Positions 36,092 to 45,754 of a stretch of 64,000 bases of DNA are shown here, one piece after another. The position numbers were made by a program, and so were the translations under genes. How positions within the stretch are numbered: position 1 is the stretch's first letter; every line of letters starts with the position of its first letter. The DNA lies in contig JBAXAI010000018.1 of NCBI GenBank assembly GCA_037142615.1, forward strand, positions 11,394 through 75,393, written 5' to 3'. Under the pieces are notes generated by a model. That model did no database searches. It was not told the DNA's origin and worked only from the letters and a program-made list of their open reading frames with translations. Source of the stretch: Spirochaetales bacterium (GTDB taxonomy: Bacteria > Spirochaetota > Spirochaetia > JABEVK01).

Positions 36092-37216
36092 ATGAAATGC
36101 CACTTGCTCTTTCGGACTTTCGCCGCTGCTTTGTTTCTTTGGGGATCGCTGACCCTGCCAGGACAGGAAATCAAAGCAGGCGACGTGAGGGTAGAGGCCC
36201 GCGAGGATGGCTACCATGTGTTTGTCCGGGCAGCCGGCCTGGCCAGCGCGCTTCTGACCGAGGCGTTTGAACTGCCCAACCACAGTCTGGCGACCTACGC
36301 CCTGCGATCGCAGGCCCCGACGGCCGTGGCAAAGGACGAGAAGCGCCTGCTCAACGGCAAGTTCCTTACCCAGCCGCACAACTCGCTGATCAGTTCGACG
36401 CCGGTGTCGGACCCGGTACTCGGAACCGCCTTTCACCTGTTGATTCCGCCCGTGGTGGAGTACGGCAACAAGGCCAACCCGAACACCCGGTGGGGCCAGG
36501 TCGATGTCCGTGCTCAGTTGTCGGCCAACGGCACCGGCTTTTGGTTCTCGATCCGCGGGTTTTCGAAGCCGTTTGCCGACTACACGGGAACCTACCGCGA
36601 CAATGCCTTCGAGCTGAAAACCTTGCAGGTGCAGAGGTCTGTCCCCACCGGCGAGAAGTATGAGAAGGGCTTGGTCGAAGGTTTTTCCCGCTTGGGCGAC
36701 TCGTACCAAGCCAGCGACATCAAGGATGCCCTAGATCGCATCAACCGGGCCGTGGACCGAAGCGGCGACAGCCTGGATATGGTCCTGGCGATCGATACCA
36801 CCAAGAGCATGCTCGAAAATCTCAAGGCCGTGAAGGCAAACCTCCTCGGTCCGATCCGCGAGGAAGTCAAACGCTTCAAGACCTTCCGAATTGGTCTGGT
36901 CTTCTACTGCGACTACATGGAAAACTACCTGACGCGCGTCGTCAGCTTTCAAAGCGATCTCGACGCGGTGCAGAGGGAACTCGACAAGGCCAAGGCGGAA
37001 GGAGGCGGTGACATCCCCGAGGCCGTCGTCGAAGCGCTCTACGCCGGCCTGACTCAATTTGACTGGAAGGCCGAAAACCGGGTCATTCTGCTTTTGGGTG
37101 ACGCACCCCAGCATCCGACTCCGCGCGGGTCGGTCACTGAAGCTCAAATGCACAAGGTCGCCGACGACAAGAAGGTCGAGCTTCAGCTCATCCTCCTGCC
37201 CCAAACGCTCTATTGA
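36092..37216 (+). CDS. Secreted VWA domain protein
   Basis: Signal peptide; MIDAS-like DTTKSM, GGGDIPEA, LGDAPQH. Confidence 0.85.
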   Translation: MKCHLLFRTFAAALFLWGSLTLPGQEIKAGDVRVEAREDGYHVFVRAAGLASALLTEAFELPNHSLATYALRSQAPTAVAKDEKRLLNGKFLTQPHNSLISSTPVSDPVLGTAFHLLIPPVVEYGNKANPNTRWGQVDVRAQLSANGTGFWFSIRGFSKPFADYTGTYRDNAFELKTLQVQRSVPTGEKYEKGLVEGFSRLGDSYQASDIKDALDRINRAVDRSGDSLDMVLAIDTTKSMLENLKAVKANLLGPIREEVKRFKTFRIGLVFYCDYMENYLTRVVSFQSDLDAVQRELDKAKAEGGGDIPEAVVEALYAGLTQFDWKAENRVILLLGDAPQHPTPRGSVTEAQMHKVADDKKVELQLILLPQTLY

Positions 37217-37225
37217 ACGTGCGAG

Positions 37226-37618
37226 TCAGGGCTGCGGGGCGCCCTTGAGCTCGTCAAGCTTCTTTTGCGAGAGGACTTTGACCCAGGCCGGGTACTGTGC
37301 CGACTTGGCGACATCTTGAAAGTCGGCAAGAATTGCCTCGTAGTCCTTCGTGGCGGCCTCGCGTTCGCCTTGCTTGGCCTTCAGCAGCGCTATTTCGAAC
37401 CGTGCGCTCAGAACTTCTTCGGTAGCATCCGCTGGAGCTGCCGACAAGAACTCCTCAAAGATGGCCTGCGCCTGCGGAAGGTGCCCCAGATCGGTCTCGG
37501 ACTGAGCCTTTTGAAAGTAGATTTCCGGGGCTGAACCTTCGGGAATGTCATGGTTGACAGTCTGACACGAAACCAACACTGTGGACAGGAACAAGACCGC
37601 AAGCGGGGTGAACTTCAT
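37226..37618 (-). CDS. Small TPR-like lipoprotein
   Basis: Lipobox LVSC; helical repeats (YFQKAQ, ARFEIA); TG-A-TAGACT 7 nt before the ATG. Confidence 0.75.
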   Translation of the reverse strand: MKFTPLAVLFLSTVLVSCQTVNHDIPEGSAPEIYFQKAQSETDLGHLPQAQAIFEEFLSAAPADATEEVLSARFEIALLKAKQGEREAATKDYEAILADFQDVAKSAQYPAWVKVLSQKKLDELKGAPQP

Positions 37619-37675
37619 AGGCCGGAGTCTATCATACCCCCCCGGTGAAGGGTCAATCGTTCCAAGGAGACCCCC

Positions 37676-38392
37676 GTGCTCGCTGTCCTTATCAACGTCG
37701 CAACCGTGCTCGTCGGCTCGGCTGCAGGCCTCCTCCTCGGCCGAAAACCCTCGGAACGACTCAGGTCCCTGGTGTTTACCGGCGCCGGCCTCGTTACCCT
37801 GCTCATTGGTCTTCAAATGGCTTGGAAAGACGAGCGGATTTTGTACCTGGTGCTGTCCATGATTCTTGGTGGTCTGATTGGAACCGCGCTCGACCTCGAG
37901 GGCAAAATACTCCGCTTCGGTGACCGGCTCCAAAAGCTCCTGCCAGTTCAGGCTGGAGGGCAGGACTTTGCTCAGGGGTTCCTGACCGCCAGCGTGCTGT
38001 TCTGCGTGGGAGCCATGAGCATCCTCGGATCCTTTCAGGCCGGGGCCGAGGGCAAGATGGACATCATCCTCGTCAAATCGGTGATGGACGGTTTTATGGC
38101 CTTTTTGCTGACGGCGGCCTTAGGAATCGGCGTTGGGTTTTCGGCGCTCAGCATCTTGCTGTACCAAGGAACGCTGACCCTGCTGGCTGTCTGGGTCAAG
38201 CCGTGGGTCGACCTTCATCCACTGGTCCTCGCGGAAGTCTCGGGCGTGGGCGGCCTGATGGTCGTCATGATTTCTTTCAATCTTCTTGAGCTCAAGAAGA
38301 TCCCCACGGGAAACTTCTTTCCCAGCCTGATTCTGGCGGTGCTGTTCGTGCTGGCCGACCCGTGGATTGCGCCCTTGGTCGGCTGGCATTGA
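37676..38392 (+). CDS. DUF554 family membrane protein
   Basis: GFLTASVLFCVGAMSILGS, KSVMDG, GIGVGFS, YQG; GTG start with AAGGAG. Confidence 0.9.
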   Translation: MLAVLINVATVLVGSAAGLLLGRKPSERLRSLVFTGAGLVTLLIGLQMAWKDERILYLVLSMILGGLIGTALDLEGKILRFGDRLQKLLPVQAGGQDFAQGFLTASVLFCVGAMSILGSFQAGAEGKMDIILVKSVMDGFMAFLLTAALGIGVGFSALSILLYQGTLTLLAVWVKPWVDLHPLVLAEVSGVGGLMVVMISFNLLELKKIPTGNFFPSLILAVLFVLADPWIAPLVGWH

Positions 38393-38413
38393 ACCCTAAC
38401 TCGCTGACCCGGA

Positions 38414-39952
38414 TTACTGCGGCGGAATGATGAGCTGCCAGCCGGGATAGATAAGGTCCGGATTCTGGACGAGCTTCTGGTTCCGCTTCCAGATTTTGGG
38501 CCATTCCCACGGACTCCCAAAGATGGAGTCATATTCGGAAATGCGCCACAGACTGTCGCGCCGATCGGGAATCAGCCGCACCGTGTACACCTTTTCAACG
38601 GCAAGCGCCAGGTAGGCGTCAATCAGCTTCTGCGCCTGAAGGAACTCCTGGTTGGCAAGGGGGTAGTCCTCATCGTCCATGGCTTCGACGCCACGGCGCC
38701 AGGCCTCTTTGGCGTCGTCGAGGTAGGTCACGCGTTGCTTGTCGCCCAAAACCACCACGCCCTCTTGAGGAATCTTGGCCACGGGTTGCCCGGAAACGGC
38801 CGATTGCGGCTTTTTGATCGCCTTGAGCTGTTCCGTGCCGTTCCAAGGTTGCGGGCCAATGATGTTGTCCTGGGGATCCACGATGGTGGCTCCCGAAGCC
38901 TTTTCGAGCTTGCGCATCGTGTCGAGCATCAGTTGTTCGGTCTGTTTGCGAGCCAGTTCGCGGATGGCCTTGGCTGTTGCCGCCTGCGCCTGGAACAGGG
39001 CTGCGGTCCAAGTCTCTTCGGCTTTGTCGAGCTGGAACTTCTTGAACTGCGAAGTGCCGGCGAAGTAGGTGTCGTTGGCCTCCTGCAACTGGTCAGGGAC
39101 CCACACAAACGCGTCGGCCTTGTCGGCCTCGTCGAGTGCCCCGAGGACCGACTTCTGCAACCGTTGGACCGTGCCTAGTCGCTCGGTCAGCTCCTTGAGC
39201 AGCGTTGTCATCGCCTCGATCACGGCTTGGGCCTTGGGCAGACCCGTCGCATAGTCCTCCTGAAGGCTTGCTTCCGCTTCGGCACGCTGGTCTTCCAGGG
39301 TCTTGGTGTCGTCAGCTCGCCATTTGTCGGCCTTCAGGGCCTTGAGCAATTCCGAGGCCTTTGCCAGCTTGTCGAGGGTGTTTTGAAGTCTGAGGGCGAG
39401 GGAGGCGTCGCGGGCCTGTACCGCCTTTTCAGCGGCCGACTTGAGCAGTTCGCGGGCGCCGTCGGGGTCACTGGTGGCTTTGGCCTTGGCGTTGTCGAGG
39501 TCTTGGCGCGCGGCGTTGATCAGGTCGGGGCTGTAGCGGTCGGCTTCTGCCGCCTCCGCGTCGGCGATCGCCTGCTGGGCTTCGTCGAACTCCGAGGCTT
39601 CCAACGGCGGTGGCGGGGGGGGAAGATCGGGCACGACCACCGGCTCGGGGGCCGGCTCCACGACAGGTTCCGGAACGGGCGTTGGCTCGGGGGTCGGTTC
39701 CACTACGGGTTCTGGGACGGGTTCGGGCGTCGGCTCGGGAGCTGGTTCGACGACAGGAACGGGCGTGGGCACGGGAACCACTTCGGGAGTTACGACCGGC
39801 ACGACTTCGGGGGTCACGACCGGTGCCGGCTCGGGGGTTACCGCAGGTTCAACCGGTTTGGCGGGTGCTGAGGCGCAACTGACGACCAGGGCAAGTGCCA
39901 CAGCAGAGAGCACCAGCACGGCCCAGCGGGCAAGCGATCGAACGAACAGCAT
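38414..39952 (-). CDS. LysM-domain lipoprotein with Pro/Glu-rich linker and helical repeats
   Basis: Lipobox VVSC; PEPV repeats; C-terminal YTVR..DSLWRIS..WPKIW..NPDLIYPG..LIIP; GGGGAGG RBS. Confidence 0.88.
   Translation of the reverse strand: MLFVRSLARWAVLVLSAVALALVVSCASAPAKPVEPAVTPEPAPVVTPEVVPVVTPEVVPVPTPVPVVEPAPEPTPEPVPEPVVEPTPEPTPVPEPVVEPAPEPVVVPDLPPPPPPLEASEFDEAQQAIADAEAAEADRYSPDLINAARQDLDNAKAKATSDPDGARELLKSAAEKAVQARDASLALRLQNTLDKLAKASELLKALKADKWRADDTKTLEDQRAEAEASLQEDYATGLPKAQAVIEAMTTLLKELTERLGTVQRLQKSVLGALDEADKADAFVWVPDQLQEANDTYFAGTSQFKKFQLDKAEETWTAALFQAQAATAKAIRELARKQTEQLMLDTMRKLEKASGATIVDPQDNIIGPQPWNGTEQLKAIKKPQSAVSGQPVAKIPQEGVVVLGDKQRVTYLDDAKEAWRRGVEAMDDEDYPLANQEFLQAQKLIDAYLALAVEKVYTVRLIPDRRDSLWRISEYDSIFGSPWEWPKIWKRNQKLVQNPDLIYPGWQLIIPPQ
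39610..39860 (-). repeat. Coding low-complexity repeats (VTPE, PEPTPEPV, PEPVVEP)
   Basis: Repeated peptide units in the LysM lipoprotein linker. Confidence 0.75.
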
Positions 39953-40048
39953 CAGGCAAACCTCCCCAAGATGAGACGACGTTACCAATGTACCGGAGTG
40001 GCGCGAAAAAATCTAGAAATATCGGGGCCCCACGGCTATGATGGGCTC

Positions 40049-41167
40049 ATGAACCGTCTTCTTCCCGCGTGGGGTCTCTTTGCCGTGTTGTTGCTTGTTG
40101 CTCCGAATCTGGTGGCGGCCTCTATTGGGCGTGTCACGCTGGTCGAAGGCGACGCGTCCCTGACGCGCAACGGCAAGCCTCTCGAGGCCGCCCGCCTTGC
40201 CGAAGGGCTTGAGCTTGAAACCGACGATTCTTTGACAACGGGCCCCAACGGCAAGGTCGAGCTCATCCTCGACAAGGCCGGCGGCGTTCCTGCCTCGCTC
40301 AGTTTGGGCGCCTCGACCTCGCTTTCGCTGGACATTACCGCGCTCAAACGCGAACAGGCGGCGGCGATCGAGTTTATCGGCGGCTCCTTGGCCGTCAAGC
40401 TGACGTCCGTCTCGGGGAGCTCCAGCTTGGAAGTTCGCACCGGAATTGCTCTGCTCTCGACTCGCTCGGCGACGTTCCGGCTGATGACGGCTTTGGGCGG
40501 AGAATTGGCGGTTTCGACGTCGGCCGGCAGGGTTCAGTGCCTGGTGGGCGAGCTTTCCTACCAATCGGAGCCGGGGGCAGTTGTGGTGATTACACCCGAT
40601 CCACTCGAAGGTCACAGTCTGCCAGCCAACGCATCGACCTTGGATTCCTGGAACCAGACTTGGAAGGCCGGTATCGACGCCGATATCCGTAATCGTGCGC
40701 TTCAGACCCTTCAAGCTTCCACTTCGCACTATCTCCAGACCGCCGGTCAGCTTCAGCGCACTTGGGACCGCTGGCTCCGCGAGGGGTCCACGGTTGCGGC
40801 CCTCTGGGCGAAGCAAGACGAAACGGGCGCCGTCAGCTCGGCCGAGCAGCTTGTTCTGGAAAAGAAAACCGTGGGAGGTTTGGCGGTGGCCCTTCGGCGC
40901 CAGGCGCTCGCTTTGGAACGCGACAGCTTCCGCCTGGTGGCCTTGCGTTCGCGGCTCCTTCCGGCCCTGCTGTCGGAATCGCAGGAAGTCGCAGAAGGCT
41001 ACACCCTCAAGGACTTTTACCGCCAGTTTGATCGCGACCAGGCTTCGGCCTCGCGCTTGGCGACCGCACGCTGGTTGCACAAAGCCTATCTTCGCCGCAA
41101 CTTCGGGGATTTTCCTTCGCCACGGGCCCTTCCCGAGGTCACCCGCGAGTCGCCCTTTTTCAATTAG
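40049..41167 (+). CDS. FecR-domain secreted protein
   Basis: Signal peptide; VTLVEGDA, DSLTTGPNGKVEL, LEVRT; TATGAT 6 nt before the ATG. Confidence 0.75.
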   Translation: MNRLLPAWGLFAVLLLVAPNLVAASIGRVTLVEGDASLTRNGKPLEAARLAEGLELETDDSLTTGPNGKVELILDKAGGVPASLSLGASTSLSLDITALKREQAAAIEFIGGSLAVKLTSVSGSSSLEVRTGIALLSTRSATFRLMTALGGELAVSTSAGRVQCLVGELSYQSEPGAVVVITPDPLEGHSLPANASTLDSWNQTWKAGIDADIRNRALQTLQASTSHYLQTAGQLQRTWDRWLREGSTVAALWAKQDETGAVSSAEQLVLEKKTVGGLAVALRRQALALERDSFRLVALRSRLLPALLSESQEVAEGYTLKDFYRQFDRDQASASRLATARWLHKAYLRRNFGDFPSPRALPEVTRESPFFN

Positions 41168-41861
41168 GTGGTTGGAGCAACCGGGAGCGGCCCTTGGCTC
41201 CCACATCGACTAAAAGGCCCAGCTTCTTGTAGCACGACGTCAGACTTTGAACCTCGGCAGGGCGCAACTTCAGCATTATTGCCAGTTCGCTGTTGGTGGA
41301 GGGGCCCGACCAAGCCGGTGGAAGCAGGGCCGACCAGTCCCTTGCGCCGTGGAACTCGCGTAGCCCGAAGATGGTCGCCAGTTCACGGTCAACCTTTGAC
41401 ACGCCCTTTCTGCGCCAGCTGCCCTGGCCGTCGTCGGCTCGGTGTTCCCTTTCCTCGATGAGGCAGAACACCAGGGTGAAGCCGGGATGAAGCAGAAACT
41501 CCCACAGTGAGCCGATCTCGCGGAACAAGGCCTCGATCCTCTCTTTTTTGGGTGACGGGCGTTCGCGCAGCACTTGCGAACGGTCCGCGGTCCAAGTCAC
41601 GATGGTCTTTCGCACGGCTACCGGATGGATCACCGTCACCACCGAATGCTGGAGGAAACTGCGGAGTTTGGGCCGGAGCTTGGCTAGGCTCCCGGTCTGG
41701 ATCTCGATGATTCCCTGCGACGGAGACACAATGTCGGCCACCCAGGAATCCACCGGAACCTCCACCTCGCCGTCGCTGGGTAAGAAGTGGGCCTTCAGTT
41801 GCCGGTGGAGCGTGCGCTCGCGCAATTCCCCGACCCGAAAATCGCTCATCGGTTGTTGCAT
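41160..41861 (-). CDS. Hypothetical protein, PD-(D/E)XK nuclease-like
   Basis: ERTLHRQLK, E.PV..ADI...IEIQT pattern; C-terminal wHTH-like segment; start could be 41849. Confidence 0.65.
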   Translation of the reverse strand: MQQPMSDFRVGELRERTLHRQLKAHFLPSDGEVEVPVDSWVADIVSPSQGIIEIQTGSLAKLRPKLRSFLQHSVVTVIHPVAVRKTIVTWTADRSQVLRERPSPKKERIEALFREIGSLWEFLLHPGFTLVFCLIEEREHRADDGQGSWRRKGVSKVDRELATIFGLREFHGARDWSALLPPAWSGPSTNSELAIMLKLRPAEVQSLTSCYKKLGLLVDVGAKGRSRLLQPPN

Positions 41862-41877
41862 TTCCTTTCATGGGAAT

Positions 41878-41905
41878 AAAAAAGGCCGTCCCCAAGGACG
41901 GCCTT
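41878..41905 (-). terminator. Rho-independent terminator of the sugar ABC ATPase gene
   Basis: AAGGCCGTCC-CCAA-GGACGGCCTT preceded by an A tract on +. Confidence 0.8.
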
Positions 41906-41926
41906 CCATCGAACCTCTTTCCCCGA

Positions 41927-43048
41927 TTACAGGGTACGCGAGGCTTCTTCGTTGAACAGGATCGACTTTTCAGTTTCACCGTCGAAGAAACACACCTTGT
42001 TCATGTCGGGCACAAAGTGCACTTCGTCGCCGACATGGAACGCATGGTTGGGTTCGACGCTGGCGATCAGTTGGTGGTTGGCGGTTCCCACGTACAGGTG
42101 GATTTCGGCGCCGAGGGGCTCAACGACTTCCACGGTGGCGGTCATGTTGTTCTTGGAACCGGCGTTCACCTGAAGGTTGAGGTCTTCGGGGCGTACGCCA
42201 AACAAGACAGTTTTGCCGACATAGGCCTTGAGGGCCTCACCCTGAACGCCTTCGACTGGCAACACGAACGAACCTTCGTTGATCATGATTTTGCCGGCTT
42301 GTTCTTCAACCTTGACCGACAGGATGTTCATGGGGGGCGAACCGATGAAACTCGCCACGAAGCGGTTGATCGGGTGGTTGTACAGCCCGAGCGGGGTACC
42401 AATCTGCTGGATCAGGCCGTCTTTGAGCACGACAATCTTGTCGGCCATTGTCATGGCTTCGACCTGGTCGTGGGTCACATAGATCATCGTCGACTGCAGA
42501 CGGGTGTGGAGGGCCGAAATCTCGGCGCGCATCTGAACACGAAGCTTGGCGTCGAGGTTCGACAGGGGTTCGTCAAACAGGAACACCTTGGGCTTGCGCA
42601 CAATGGCGCGACCAACGGCCACGCGCTGGCGCTGACCACCAGAAAGGGCCTTGGGCTTGCGTTCGAGCAGGGCCTCGATGTCGAGGATGGCTGCGGCTTC
42701 TTTGACGCGGTTCTGGATTTCAGCCTGGGGGTACTTGCGGATGCGAAGACCGAAGGCCATGTTTTCGAAGACGCTCATGTGGGGATACAAAGCGTAGTTT
42801 TGGAACACCATCGCAATGTCGCGGTCTTTCGGCGCGATGTCGTTGCACAGCTTTCCGTCGATGAGCAGTTCGCCACCAGAAATATCTTCGAGCCCGGCGA
42901 TCATGCGCAGGGTGGTCGACTTGCCGCAGCCCGAGGGCCCGACAAACACACAGAACTCTTTGTCGTTGATGTGAATATTCACATTATCGACCGCTTTGAC
43001 ATCACCTTCGTACATCTTGGTGATATTCTTCAGAATAACCTCAGCCAT
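41927..43048 (-). CDS. msmK: Sugar ABC transporter ATP-binding protein (MsmK/MalK/UgpC family)
   Basis: GPSGCGKSTTLR, VFQNYALYPH, LSGGQRQRVA, DEPLSNLDAKLR, FIGSPPMN, GVRPED; GGAGG RBS. Confidence 0.93.
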   Translation of the reverse strand: MAEVILKNITKMYEGDVKAVDNVNIHINDKEFCVFVGPSGCGKSTTLRMIAGLEDISGGELLIDGKLCNDIAPKDRDIAMVFQNYALYPHMSVFENMAFGLRIRKYPQAEIQNRVKEAAAILDIEALLERKPKALSGGQRQRVAVGRAIVRKPKVFLFDEPLSNLDAKLRVQMRAEISALHTRLQSTMIYVTHDQVEAMTMADKIVVLKDGLIQQIGTPLGLYNHPINRFVASFIGSPPMNILSVKVEEQAGKIMINEGSFVLPVEGVQGEALKAYVGKTVLFGVRPEDLNLQVNAGSKNNMTATVEVVEPLGAEIHLYVGTANHQLIASVEPNHAFHVGDEVHFVPDMNKVCFFDGETEKSILFNEEASRTL

Positions 43049-43080
43049 ACAAACCTCCGTTAGGACTATATTATCCCCCG

Positions 43081-43119
43081 AGTATGGGACCACTTAAATT
43101 GCCTGTCAAGGCAATTCAA
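43081..43119 (-). promoter_or_regulatory. Sigma70 promoter of msmK with an inverted repeat over the -35 box
   Basis: TTGACA-17-CATACT; AATTGCCT-GTCA-AGGCAATT dyad at 43097-43116. Confidence 0.65.
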
Positions 43120-44372
43120 CGGGTGGTTTGGGTGCTGGCGGCGGGTTTGCCGAAGTTGGTGAGTTGGTCCTGCAAGGCAGAAACCTTGTCCGGCGTGGGA
43201 TCGGTCCCCAACCAAGGAACGACGACCTTGTCGCGCAAGGTGGCCCAGTTGGTCGGCAGGGGCTTCCAGAACTTCAGCTGTGCGGCAACCGGAATCCGGT
43301 GGTCGACTTCGGGGTAGTAGCCCGGCAGGTCGGAGGTGTTGGTTGCTATCACGGCCGACAGGCCACCGAGGAGGCCAAAGGGCCGGAACTCGCTGGACCG
43401 GGACCAAGCGATCAGACTTTTCTGACTCGACGGCTTCACCAAGTCGGCCAGGAACTCGCGGGCTGCACCCGGCGAGGCAGAATTGGCCCGAATACCACCC
43501 CACAAAACGTTGTCGGTCACCGCGACTTGGCCGTCCAGTTCCAGGTAGCGGAAGTCGAGCCCGCGCCTTTCGTCCAACGGCAAGGTGACGAACTCAGAGA
43601 GCGTTGCCGGGTAGAAGAGGACACGACCCTGTGTGAGAAGAGGCCAAGGGCTGGTGGACAGGTACTTGGTCGTGAACTCCTTCTGGGTTTTCCAGCCGCG
43701 TCCTTCGACCGCCGTCCACTCCGACAGGGTCTTGAGGCCGGCCTCCAAGCCGGGAAGATTCCAGACGAGTTTGCCTTGGAAGTCGGCCGAAAAGTCGGCA
43801 CCGGTCAAATGGAGGTAGGTGAGGGGAAAGTCGGCCCACAGCGGAGAAAAGCTTTGCGTGAGGCTGCTGTTCTTCCCTTCGGCCTGAAACGCTGCCGAGA
43901 GTTCGCGCACCTTGGAAGGCGTCAGGGTGAGCGGGTCGAGTTCGGGAAGCCTCTGGCTTGAGTAGACAAGCACCGGTAAATCGAAGCTCAGCGGAACCAG
44001 CCTAAGCTCGCCTCTGACCGAGCCTTGCTCGATCAGGTCGCGGTAGAAGGAGGCCCGCGAAATCTCTCCCCGCTCAAAGAGAAAGTCGAGGGAGGCCGAG
44101 GCTTCGAGTGTCGTCGCCTGATCGATCGACCGGCCCACCACCAGGTCGGCAATGACTCCCGGCACGCTGAGGGCTTCGGTCAAGTTGGCGTGGTATTCCA
44201 GAAGAATCTGCCACGACGACTGCTCGGCATTGAAGCGCTCCACAGCCCCCGAAATCTCGGGAGCGTCGGTCCACAGCACGGAGGTTCTCCGGTCCGGCTG
44301 GCTGCACGAGGTGGCAAGGCATAGGGCACCCAGGAGCAGCGCCAATCCGACCGGCCACGCCCGTGAACTCAT
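43116..44372 (-). CDS. Divergent extracellular solute-binding lipoprotein (SBP family 1-like)
   Basis: Lipoprotein-like signal (ATSC); VERFNAEQ, LVPLSFDLPVLVY. Confidence 0.7.
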   Translation of the reverse strand: MSSRAWPVGLALLLGALCLATSCSQPDRRTSVLWTDAPEISGAVERFNAEQSSWQILLEYHANLTEALSVPGVIADLVVGRSIDQATTLEASASLDFLFERGEISRASFYRDLIEQGSVRGELRLVPLSFDLPVLVYSSQRLPELDPLTLTPSKVRELSAAFQAEGKNSSLTQSFSPLWADFPLTYLHLTGADFSADFQGKLVWNLPGLEAGLKTLSEWTAVEGRGWKTQKEFTTKYLSTSPWPLLTQGRVLFYPATLSEFVTLPLDERRGLDFRYLELDGQVAVTDNVLWGGIRANSASPGAAREFLADLVKPSSQKSLIAWSRSSEFRPFGLLGGLSAVIATNTSDLPGYYPEVDHRIPVAAQLKFWKPLPTNWATLRDKVVVPWLGTDPTPDKVSALQDQLTNFGKPAASTQTTR

Positions 44373-44375
44373 CGG

Positions 44376-45674
44376 TCAGAGTCCCGCGAGGGTGTCGGCC
44401 GCCTGGAAGACCGCCGCGTAAAGGGCCTTGAGATCACGGTTGTCGACCGACGAATAGGCGAGCCGGAGGTACTTCTCTTGCAGCGAGATGGTGCCGATGC
44501 CCTCGGTTTTGAGCAGGTACTTTCGCAGGTCCTCGCTCGAGCCCCGGGTGAGCTCGAAGGTCATGAAGTACCCTGAGTTGAAGGGAAGGGCCTTCAGTGT
44601 CTTGCCGTTTTCCCGGGTCTCGAGAATCTTCTTGACGGTTTTGAAGCGTTCTTCGAGGACCTTGGCGTATTTGGTTTTGATGCCGTGGTAGACGAGGCTG
44701 GAAAGTTCCTTGTACAGCAGCGTTTGTCCGACCCGGCTTGAGCTCGAAATCGTGGTGCGGATGGCCCCCAGCACCTTCTGGTTGAGCGCGTCGAAATGAC
44801 TCTCGCGCAGACCGAAGGCCCCGAAGGTGAGGAACCCGACACGGAAGCCCCACACGTAGTCTTCTTTGGTGGCACCATCGACCTTGACGGCCAAAAGGTT
44901 CTCGTGGGCATTGTGCAGCAGGGTGAACATCGACTGTCGGTAGATGTCTTCCTCGTAGTACAGGCCGAAGTACGCGTCGTCGCACAAAACCACCAGATTC
45001 AAACCGCCCGAGGCCAGGGTGACCAGCTTGGCGGCGAGATCTTCGGCCTCGGCCTTGCTCGGTGAGTACCCCGTCGGGTTGTGCGGAAAGTTCAAAAGGA
45101 GCACGGCCTTGTGGTTGCGGGCGTTGTCCCTCAGGGTTGTGATGATGCCATCGACGTTGAGACCGCCGTGGGCCGTGAAGACCGGATGCGTAAAACAGTG
45201 GGCCTGGTTGCGCGTTTCGAAAATCAGCGGGTAGTTGTCCCAGCAAAGTTCCGAGAAGACCACGGTGTCTTCCTCGTCGATGAACAGGTCGGCCGCCATC
45301 GAGATGCCGGCGGTGATGCCAGGCACCACGGCGGGGAGTGAGACCTTGCTGTCGAGGATGCCAGGGTTCTTGCGGAGCATCTCTTCCTTCCACAGCACGC
45401 GCAGGCGATTGTCGCCGCCAGGGGGCGCGTAGTCGATGGCCTCGGAAGGCGACAGGCGAGGCAGATTGTCTTGGATGGTGGGCAGGATCATCGGCTCGCC
45501 GTCGGAAAGCGCGATCCCCACGGTGGCGTTGAAGGTGGTGGCGGATTTTTTGGCCTCGGTCGATTGGGCCACGATGCCTTTGGGGAAGTAAATCCTTTTC
45601 CCAAAACGTGAAAGAGTTCGGTCGACGACGGTGCCCGCGAGTTGGGCGTTGAGTTCCACAGCGATCGGGTGCAT
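44376..45674 (-). CDS. PLP-dependent aminotransferase class I/II
   Basis: NATVG, NFPHNPTGY, CDDAYFG, DGATKE..WGFRVG, PFNSGYF. Confidence 0.9.
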   Translation of the reverse strand: MHPIAVELNAQLAGTVVDRTLSRFGKRIYFPKGIVAQSTEAKKSATTFNATVGIALSDGEPMILPTIQDNLPRLSPSEAIDYAPPGGDNRLRVLWKEEMLRKNPGILDSKVSLPAVVPGITAGISMAADLFIDEEDTVVFSELCWDNYPLIFETRNQAHCFTHPVFTAHGGLNVDGIITTLRDNARNHKAVLLLNFPHNPTGYSPSKAEAEDLAAKLVTLASGGLNLVVLCDDAYFGLYYEEDIYRQSMFTLLHNAHENLLAVKVDGATKEDYVWGFRVGFLTFGAFGLRESHFDALNQKVLGAIRTTISSSSRVGQTLLYKELSSLVYHGIKTKYAKVLEERFKTVKKILETRENGKTLKALPFNSGYFMTFELTRGSSEDLRKYLLKTEGIGTISLQEKYLRLAYSSVDNRDLKALYAAVFQAADTLAGL

Positions 45675-45680
45675 CGCAAC

Positions 45681-45738
45681 AGACTGACGGTTTCGACTTG
45701 TTGTGTCAATTGACAGGAGCACAGGCGTTCATCATACT
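45681..45738. promoter_or_regulatory. Back-to-back divergent sigma70 promoters sharing palindrome TGTCAATTGACA
   Basis: + strand TTGACA-17-CATACT; - strand TTGACA-17-CAGTCT-6-ATG. Confidence 0.65.
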
Positions 45739-45754
45739 CCCCTGAGAGGAATTC

